Assembly (NCBI GenBank): GCA_030141605.1
Contig: JAQGDQ010000069.1
Span: forward strand, 501,126-565,125
Reading direction: 5' to 3'
DNA: 64,000 nt
DNA from: Tubiluchus corallicola
Lineage: Eukaryota > Animalia > Priapulida
Shown: positions 22,385 to 31,350 of the stretch, piece by piece
Layout of the letters: the number at the start of each line of letters is the position of its first letter
Numbering within the stretch: the stretch's first letter is position 1
Position numbers and translations under genes: made by a program
The notes under the pieces: model-generated
What the model was told of the DNA's origin: nothing
Seen by the model: the letters and a program-made list of their open reading frames with translations, nothing else
Database searches by the model: none

Positions 22385-22555
22385 ATGCCCATTGTGTACA
22401 GTAACAACGCAACTTTCTGTTCACCATTAGCATTCTGCTTACCAGTGACTGTCATGAACACGTTGAATTCGGCTTTAAATTCTTTCCAGTCGCGGGCGAG
22501 GTTCACTTTTTCCGTAGAAAATTTTGGTGGCTTTAGATTCTCCATATTCTATTTA
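22385..22555 (-). mobile_element. Second copy of the Gypsy gag N-terminus
   Basis: MENLKPPKFSTEKVNLARDWKEFKAEFNVFMTVTGKQNANGEQKVALLLYTMG is a typical invertebrate Gypsy gag start. The DNA is closely similar to 20270-20395. Confidence 0.8.
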
Positions 22556-23414
22556 TGACATTCTCCCATGACATGTCTTCCAATGTTTCGACATACAGGC
22601 AGTCATCTTCCTCCTAGAATAAACAAAATAACAGTGTTTTAATAACTTCATTCTCCACTGTTATGGCTTTACTAATACGCTTTTGCCTACATTTTTTTCC
22701 TACATTGTAATTGTAATAAGTGATACATTTCTGAGTGACGTGTCACTAACTCATACTTTTCTATACATATATATATATATCCAATCCAACTAATCCAGAT
22801 AACAGCAGAAAATTAGTGCAGCAGCAGAGGAAAGGAGGAAAATATGGTTAAGTTATAAGTCAAGTCTGTTTGAAGACTGTACTGGAGTCATTGACAATTG
22901 TGCATGTAGCCAGCATATTACGTCTACTATTCTTAAAGAGTAAAAATTTAATCACAGAAAAAATGTCACACGTGTTTAGCAGTCTATACTTTTACTTACT
23001 GTTTCTAAATGATTTTTAAGATTGGTAGTTGTTTTGCTAGTCTTGTAAATTTTCTTACACGTTTTGCAAGTTGCCTCTGACTCACTAAAATTATAGAACA
23101 GCGAGTACTTGCTTCTGCTGGCCATCACGGTAACCTGCAAACTAATATCAAACGAGACTGTTCAAAATTACAAAATAACCTGCAGACGATTGCCGATTAC
23201 AAGTAATAGCGCCAATCTTGCCACTTCCACTGCTTATTATCAAAGAGTACAAAGAGGAAGGACGAAAGCAGCGTATTGTTGCGTATTTCGTTTTTGCGAT
23301 TAGCGGCTATGCTGGCGGCAACAATAGTCAAAGCTATAATACAAAAATGTAATAGGTTTATAAGAACACGTACCTATATTATGATATTACAGAAATTTTC
23401 TTGGCTAAGTTATC

Positions 23415-24273
23415 ACTGATTACACATCAATATATCCCTTTCAGAATTCACTCTCACAGCTTTAGTATTTTCTGCTTTTCTTATGTAAATTTGCCCTTGG
23501 TTTGTCCATAAGAACTTGAAATTATTATTTCGCTTCTAGACATTTGTTGAATAATATTTTCCTGTTCTTTGTTAAGTGTTCATTGACATAAACTTTGCCA
23601 TTTCCATTGTATCCTAGATCCTTTAGTGTGGGGGTATTTGTTCTCCCCTTGTACACCAAGTCTCTTGTGAATACGTCTCGTGAACTTGACAATAATAGGG
23701 GGAGTTCCTTTTTGGGTTGGAATCCTATGTGTAATGCTGATATCACTTTTATCAAGATTAATGTTCATTTTTCCTGCAACTTGGATAACCAATTCTGCGG
23801 TGTTTTCATCTGGTAAGACTGGTATTCCAGCTATGAGTAGATTATCTCTTCTCATATACTGTTCTAGAGCATCAATCTCAGATTATTTTTTCACTAGTTT
23901 TGACTCGAGGTCATTTACAGCCTTTCTCAGAATAACATTTGTCTGTTCACTATTTTTTAGCTGCGTATTTGTCATTTAGCTCATCGTGCTTCTTCGATAG
24001 AAAATTTTGACTTTCCGAGATGGAACTCAGGTCAGTCGAGATGGTTTTCAACTGCTTGGTAAAATCTCGTCTCAGCTTCACCAATTCGTCCATTATGTTG
24101 TTACTATCCTGATCTTCATGGAAGGAAGATCTGATATTGCCATCATCATGTTCAGAATCTGTGTCATCATCAGAACTCACATCTGTCTTTGTTGGCGTCA
24201 ACTTAGACTTGGCACCCACTAGAAAGCTCTCCACTGAAGCTATTTTCTTAGATTTCTTCTTTGCTTTAGGCAT
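23415..24273 (-). mobile_element. Non-LTR retrotransposon (CR1/L2-type) ORF1, full length but frameshifted, with no ORF2 following
   Basis: A coiled coil is followed by LEQYMRRDNLLIAGIP..E.T..LV......I...DISITHRIP...PPIIVKF, VYVNEHLTKNRKILF and FKFLWT..GQIYIRK. This is the L1-like RRM/CTD ORF1 architecture, spread over three frames. Confidence 0.8.
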
Positions 24274-26824
24274 TATAGCCTATTTGAGTCACTCGATCGA
24301 TGATTACAGGCAAAAAATCGGTTTAAAATACGTTATATTACAAATTTTTCGGTAATATAATCGAAAATATTTCCCAGCTTAAATTTTATAAACCGGCGCC
24401 ATTTGCGACCGCAGCGCCACCTAGTTAGCCACCATTTATCAATGGGCTAACTAGGCAGCCCTGGACGCCAGATTAAATAATTCTTATTTTCTCGTCTGTA
24501 AGAGGTTAGATGTTCCGGTTTATATAAGTGTGACATAATAAACAAGTACATTTACTTCATAAAAGGTACTACACTATAAGCAGTTGCATAGCCTTTAGGT
24601 ATAAGTGTTGTGCAAATTCAGAATAAGAACATTTTAAATATTTCTCTAGAAATAGAATACTACATGAAGCAGGTATTTGCAAACTTTCTCTATAATCAGC
24701 TTTCTTAACTTCTTTTGTAAATAAGCCTATTAATTTTCATGAGATGTGAATATAATAATTTTTATTTTAACTAATAATTCTAAATAATATTCAAAAAATA
24801 TCACAGCTGCTATAAATCCGCAAAGACAGATGTAGGCCTTGCAGTCTTTGCTTAGTGTACAAAAAATTAATAATATTTTAATTTGTAACAAAAGTTATAA
24901 AAAACTGTGTTGTAATTAACATTTTAATATTATGGAAAATACGCCTTGGGAAATTTAAAAAAAGATATTCTAGCATTTATATTTTTATTTTTACAATTCA
25001 CTGCGGCGCAGTAATGAGCCGACCGGCCTGGCTCTGGTGAAGGCATCTCATAAATTCGTCTGCTAGATACCGGTGCGTGAGCAGCTGCGCTGTAGCGTAC
25101 CTGACAACAACAGCCCGTACTGGATTGCAGCTAGGGTGACACTAACTGCGCGAACTACTGCGCACTAGGACTTTCCCTACTTTCTGTGGTTTATATTCTT
25201 TGTTATTAGCGTTTTACATTTGCTCGCTCCGCAAATACCGCGCGTTTTGTGGGACCCGTTTTTCGGTAACGTCCATAACTTACAAAAATTGCTCGCGGAA
25301 GTTGGACCTAATTGAGCTGCCTTATAAGCAGTTTCAAACATTTTCATGGTAAAGAAGTAATGCAGCTGAAGGCCTGAATTATTCAAATCCATACTTTTGC
25401 ATTCGAATTAAAAAAACCTGTTCGAATCGAATTCGAACGTTCACTGAATAATGAAGATGTGCATAACATAAGAGCATCCATAATGGCTGCGTCCATAGCA
25501 CATGTAAACAATATTAAAATTCCGATGATTATATTTTTTAGAGAATATCACGCAGTCATAATAGCAGCTGATAGGAAAACATGTGGTCCATTTTTTGCCA
25601 CAAAAAATATGAACAGTATATAGTCTGTTATGTAGTTGAGTACAAGACACATTCGCTATGTAAACAAAATGTTTTTGATAAATATGACTGATTTAAGTAT
25701 GAATAATTTAATAATTTTCTTTTAATTCAATTTAATGTTTTAAGCATCGTGCAGCACAATTTAGTTGTGATTTCTTTTTATAATTTCTAAACAAATTATT
25801 AGTTTACTTCAGAACAAAATCGAAATGAAAATTAATGTCTAATTGTGACGATGCTTTTCATTAGTGATGCGAAAATACTGAAATTCGGTTTGCTGGAGTT
25901 CGAAATTCATAATTTAATTCGATTCAATTTAATTGAGAATGCTCACCCCTAGTGCTGACTTGCAGAGATGCGCGGACCCAGCATTTTCAAGTTCACAACT
26001 CCGCAGAAGAATGGTTCCGCAACTCCGCAGACCGTATGAAATCATCAGATCCGCGATCCGCAATAGTAACAAATCATTGTCAGGTGCTAAACTTTAAATG
26101 TATGTGTCCTATCATGAAACCAGGCCAGAGAGGCTTTAAGTAAACTAGCTGAAGTTTGGCCAGCACATTTTATAAATTTTTACTAGCACTACAAATTATT
26201 ATTGGTGCAATGAAATTAGAAATGATAATGATAAGAAATTAAAGTTGACCTACTGACAACTAGGATCTGTATGCTACACTTCTGTCATTTATAACTTATG
26301 TAGCAATAAACAATTGTCTCTATACTAGAGATGAGTAATTCTATTACTTGTAACTTGAACATCAATCATAACATCGTGTCACCGTCATCATTTCAATGCA
26401 TTGTTGTTAATATCTGATCATCAGCAAAAGTGTAGCACACCTTTGAAACTCTAGGAGCATAGTTGTAATAAATCTCCAATAAGAGTTGCAGCAGCTACAG
26501 TTATCTCTTATTTGTTTTATCATCATTGATTTTATCGCCACCATCACCACCACCACTAGCATCATCATAATCATTATCAATTCATCATCATCAGCAGTCG
26601 CATCAGATTCATCATTACAAGTTCACTATTACTGTTACCACTATCACTTAAAAGTGTATGCACATAAGGACTACGAACAATAAACAACAGAAAACATTAC
26701 ACTAAAATTATCATAAACACAAATCTAGTAGTTGATGCAGAAAAGAGAACAAAATTTATTAGTGCTTTAAATAATAATTGTGATATGCATCATGTATACA
26801 TGAAGCGAAGTGAAATTCTATTAG

Positions 26825-27368
26825 CAGCTTTTATCTATTGTATCTTCATTATCTATTGGGGGCACACCGTTCATAATCAGACAATCTCGGCGAGTGAATT
26901 GTTCTAATGTATCCAAGTTTAATTGAGTTTGTTGTAATTTCGAAGTAGTTTCTGTTAGAGTCCGTCGTAAAGCATGATTCTCCTTTTTCATTTCTGCTAA
27001 TTCTTTTTTATTTGATCATTATCGCTTTTTATATCTTCGTATTGGGCTGATATGAACTGTTGGCTTGATGTAAGTGTATCAAGTTTTTTGCGTATGTTAC
27101 TAAATTCCTTTACCATAGTAGTTTTTAAACTGTCTATGGCTTCTAGCAGGCGTTGTTCTATGGTGTCTGCTGCTGACTGTAAATCTCTCACAGTTGGTGT
27201 TATGTCACTTGATTCAAGTTTTTGGGCATCCAATTCCACTGACGCTGCATTATATGGTGACATTGTACCAGTGTTTACTGACTCCATACTTGCAGACTCT
27301 TTGTTCAAACTACTCATTTTAGTATTGACATTTGATTTAGATCGAGTTGAAGGTTCACTGTCACCTGT
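26825..27368 (-). mobile_element. Second LINE ORF1 fragment (coiled coil to start of RRM)
   Basis: LTSSQQFISAQYEDIK, then after a frameshift LDTLEQFTRRDCLIMNGVP..NEDT. It is the same family as 23415-24273 but a different sequence, and it is truncated. Confidence 0.7.
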
Positions 27369-29398
27369 AGAGGAGAGAACTGCCAGCACTTTTCGGCTGT
27401 GGCAGCTTGTAAACAACATCTTCTGCATTGAAACCCGCTTCGTCGTTTGGATTTGGAACGAACACAGGTTTGTCCGTTCCTACTTTCCCAGCAACTTTTT
27501 GAAGGAAAACACCTTCAAACTCAAAGTCCTCTCCGTTGAGAATGTCAACCCGAGCAATGAAGTTCACAATTCGTGATTTGCCAGCACATTTGACAACCAC
27601 CTTCAATTATTGGGCTATCCAGATCAATATCACCATCACTATCTGATGACACATCATCAAATTCAAAATCTGAATCATCAGTATCACTTGAACTTGGTGT
27701 TTTGAATATCGGGGGACATGACTTTTTCTCACCAGATTTGAACAAACACTTCTTTGTTTTGGGCAAAAGGCTCCTCTTTCTATTTTCAGAAAGGGCTACC
27801 AGCTCCTGTCTTTCGGGGGTGTCAGTCAAAATCTTTGAGCTGCCCTTTTTGCGACCACCTCTTCTAGCCTTTCTCGGTGCTGCTTTCGGAAATGGCTGAA
27901 TAGCAGATGGTGAAATGTATGGACGAGGCATGACATCATGTGAGCTAGGTGAGACACAAGACCCACATGATGTGGACGGTTGCATAAGATCATTTGCTTG
28001 CTGTTTTTGTAGCTGGACATCATCACTGGGCACGGGCAAGACAGCTCCAGGAACCTCACCTGAGGGTCCTGCATCTTCAGTGGTAGAATTTGCCTCAAGG
28101 CTTTCTGCAGCAGCCACGTTTTGCTCACGGTCAGTTGGAAGAAAAGGGGCAAAGTCAATGTCACTAAAGATGTCCCGGTTAAATGGATGAATGCCCGAGG
28201 CTTGGAAGCCAGCAGCAATGTTCAACGGTGTCATGGCAATCATCTGGGCTTGTTTCACAAGAGCTGGGATATCATAGATTGTTACTGTTTTCCCTGGATT
28301 GGATCGTAGCCATCCATCCATGGCTCTGTTGTACGCAGTTTTGAAGGGTCCGTACACTGACCGGTCGAGCGGCTGGAGATGATGGGAAGTGTGTGGTGGA
28401 ATGGTCAATATGACAACCCCATGAGACCTTGCTGTGTCCACAACATTCAAAGAAATATGTGTGTCATGGTTGTCGATGATCAATAGGATTTTCTTTTCTG
28501 GTGAGCATCTGGTGTGTTCGATGATGTGATTCAAATACTCCACAAACACCTCTTCATTGATCCAGCCACTTCGTGTTGCCCTGCCTATGCACTGTGTTGG
28601 TCCATCTCTGATGAAGTGATCTCTGTAGTGGACTCTGGGAAAGATGAAAAAGGAGGCACGACCGTACCAATTGCACTCACAGTGTACACCACAGTTACCA
28701 ATTCCCCACGTTCAGCGGAGGTGATTGAACCAACTTGTTTCTTTCCTTTTTCTGTGACAACGGCTCCAGGGTTTTGGACTGTGGTGCACCCAGTTTCATC
28801 AGCATTATAAATGTCACATAGTGAGAACTTGTATTTGTCCATTACCTGGCTCAAGTTTTTAAAAAATTTGTCAACAACTGGGCGGTTGAAGGCTGTGGCA
28901 CGCCCAAAAGATGTTGCTTCTGGCACTCTAATTGCCAGGTTCTGGCACTTCTTGAAGCCTAACCACCAATCAAGTCCTGCTTTTTTCTCACGATCCCAAC
29001 TTGGTGGCACATTAAGAAAGTTTTTTTTTGCAAACTCAAATGCCAGTGTGCGACATCTGCTCACTGACAAACCATAAAACATGTCTGACAATTGTTTCAC
29101 ATGGTCAGCCAAATCCATTTCCATTTCAGGACTAAAAACCAATTTCCGTAAGGACACAGGTGTGTAACCAGTCCCCGCTGGTTGCCTGTCTTGTTTGTCC
29201 ATGTACCGCTTGAGTGTCATTCGATCAATGTTGAAGTCCTTTGCAGCACTCCGCACACTCTGCCCTCCAGCAACAGCGGCAGCAGCCTGTTCTAAAACGT
29301 CTGTAGGAGTTCCCCCACGATTGGTCTTTCGTACGTAGTTGCGCATATCTGGTCGTTTTTTCTTCTGAAACAACACAAAAAAGGAAACAAGTTTACAC
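27369..29398 (-). mobile_element. pogo/Tigger-family DDD transposase (HTH_psq, CENP-B HTH, DDE_1), near-complete CDS with two frameshifts; no TIRs seen
   Basis: MRNYVRKT..SVRSAAKDFNIDRMTLKRY (psq HTH), AGLDWWLGF, IYNADETG, SAERG, (FIFP), SGWINEEVF, ILLIIDNHDTH, IPPHTSHHLQPLDRSVYGPFK. There is a 1-nt loss in the homopolymer at ~28647-28651 and a second shift near 27600. Confidence 0.92.
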
Positions 29399-29906
29399 TA
29401 GAGCTGTCAATCGAATTTTCTAGCTCGCTCACTTTTGCAGATACACCCATCACCTTGTCCGCACAACTATGAACATCATCGGTAATTTTATCTACTCGAG
29501 CCTTTAGTGTACGATGTTGTTCCTCTAATTTAGCAACAGATGACAATATCGAAGCAAAGGTGGTGTTACATTTGTTACAATACCAATGAAGATTCATATT
29601 GCCTTTCATAAGTATTTTGTAGGTATCCGAATCCACATTCTCACATTTTACATGATGCCAAAAGCAACATATTTCACACTGCAAGGCCTGATCATCCCGC
29701 TGTACTTCTTCACTACATGATCCACATTTAGGAGACAACTCAGCACTGCTATCATCAAAAGTATTGTTTTCCATACTAGCGGATAACTGTCGATTACTAT
29801 AACTACCCTTATTCAGAGATCCGGTTGCTGAATTTCTTAAATTACGACGCTTAGGATTGGTAACTGTATGGCTCATTATGCTCACATAAAAATCGTTTTG
29901 ACGCAA
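29399..29906 (-). mobile_element. CR1-type LINE ORF1 5' fragment with PHD finger and coiled coil
   Basis: CGSC..VQRDDQALQCEICCFWHHVKC..V....Y......LHWYCNKC (C4HC3) is followed by a heptad stretch. It is intronless and cut abruptly by the pogo fragment. Confidence 0.75.
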
Positions 29907-30169
29907 ATGAGACCTTTAAGTTTACTTAGTAGTTTGCGACAGCATTAATCACCCGCATACAAGTCAAGCACTTTACATCGTGAGTATAGAGTCTATCACG
30001 TAATCAATATAATAATGTCACAGTTGTTGTTATCACTTTATTTTTGCACAATTTACGAAAAAAAAAAGTTATAATATGGTCAAATTTATATGAAAGTTAG
30101 GAATTTTTAATTAACATCGGAAAAAACATGTCCACGTGAAAAAAATTTTTTTTTTACAAGACTTCTTAA

Positions 30170-31114
30170 TTAGTCAATGCCAATTATAGCGGCACTAACA
30201 GTTTGAGAGTCAGCAGGCAGTCCGGATCTGAGGGCGCCTTGGTGAGTGGGAGCTGATATTATATTCTGAGTGGGATTCCCTGTAAATTGTGATAACTGCT
30301 TACCTAGCTCATCAATCATAGATTGAAATGATTTGAGAGAGATGTTGGTGTCGCTGATGCTGTTCTCAACCCCTGCCAAATTCTTCTTGAATTCATCTTG
30401 CATTTTAACCATATCTTGATTAATTTTGTTCATCCTTCCTAGCAGCTCCTTGTGTGTTATGTTGATCTCCTCAATAGAATTTTGTATACCCCTTACTCCT
30501 CTTTCTATGTTTTCTAACACATTGGATTTGGGTTGATGCGGGGTGGCGGTGCCGTCTTCTTGAAATGGTGTCTCTTGTCTCTCTAGAGTCTCCTTCCTGG
30601 GCTCTCTCTGCGGCTGGGGCTCCTTTGTGTCCTTAGTCTTTTGGGCTGCTTTTTTGATTTCAAGTTCTCTGATGCTCTGGTCCCAGTCTTGGAGGTGTTC
30701 TGGGATCATCGGAGGCAACGGTTCAGGAGCTAAGTCAATCAGGCTGAGTTGATGAGATGCCTCTTTCGATTTGCTCTGTTCAAGGTCAGTGAAAATGGAG
30801 AACTTGGTCTTGGCCACTGGGGGAGGCTGCCATGGATTTGGACAGGTTGCTTGGTTTATGGCTAGCTGCCTCTCTTCTAGGCTGTTCTGGAACTCTATAA
30901 AGTCCAATAGGCTCTTAGAGAAAGGGCCGTTACTTGGGTCTTCTTGAAGCAGTTGCATAGCCAACAATTTGGGATCAATCACTTTTGATAGATTTGCTTT
31001 CTTAAGCTGACAAAGGATTGCTATCCTGACAGCTTCTCTATCAACGTACTTATCAGCTCCTTGAAGCGTTTGTAAACCTTCTAGAATCTTAGTTGCCCAA
31101 TCGATAGAATCCAT
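30170..31114 (-). CDS. Intact intronless orphan ORF (314 aa from ATG 31114) with a C-terminal coiled coil; retroposed-mRNA-like, candidate endogenous viral gene
   Basis: Uninterrupted frame with ATG in AAAATGG context, visibly more GC-rich than the flanks. A Pro/Glu/Gln-rich disordered middle precedes an ~80-aa heptad region (LENIERGVRGIQNSIEEI...LGKQLSQF). The stop is followed after 14 nt by A10. No family is recognised. Confidence 0.6.
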   Translation of the reverse strand: MDSIDWATKILEGLQTLQGADKYVDREAVRIAILCQLKKANLSKVIDPKLLAMQLLQEDPSNGPFSKSLLDFIEFQNSLEERQLAINQATCPNPWQPPPVAKTKFSIFTDLEQSKSKEASHQLSLIDLAPEPLPPMIPEHLQDWDQSIRELEIKKAAQKTKDTKEPQPQREPRKETLERQETPFQEDGTATPHQPKSNVLENIERGVRGIQNSIEEINITHKELLGRMNKINQDMVKMQDEFKKNLAGVENSISDTNISLKSFQSMIDELGKQLSQFTGNPTQNIISAPTHQGALRSGLPADSQTVSAAIIGID

Positions 31115-31289
31115 TTTGACTTCCAATACTGAATACACAATTGCTGCAGATTTCGTGAGAAAATTTAAGCAATCTCACCGAAATAGTTTGTCTGCGATTT
31201 CTTTGAGACTAAATTTCCTTCTTTCATTAACTTATCGTCTTATTTAACACTTGATCAAGCAGTATTTTCCGATATCTTAACTAGATTTT

Positions 31290-31345
31290 GGCAGTTCAAA
31301 AAATCCGCTGCCATTCCAAAGCGCACGCATGCGCACGTAAGAGAG
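31290..31345. promoter_or_regulatory. Candidate bidirectional promoter / 5' non-coding exon region for INTS13 and the orphan ORF
   Basis: NRF1-like GCGCACGCATGCGCAC (31321-31336), a GCCAT motif and a possible donor GTAAGA at 31337. The INTS13 ATG exon has an acceptor at 33849-33850, so an upstream exon is implied. Confidence 0.35.
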
Positions 31346-31350
31346 ATGGT

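Noticed and set aside
25860-26065. TTCGAA- and TCCGCA-rich short repeats
   Set aside because: They look like isolated DNA-transposon subterminal ends. No partner end or TSD could be established.
29292-29906. Host PHD-finger chromatin gene
   Set aside because: The intronless PHD plus coiled coil is typical of CR1 ORF1, and the ORF's tail is out-of-frame pogo sequence.
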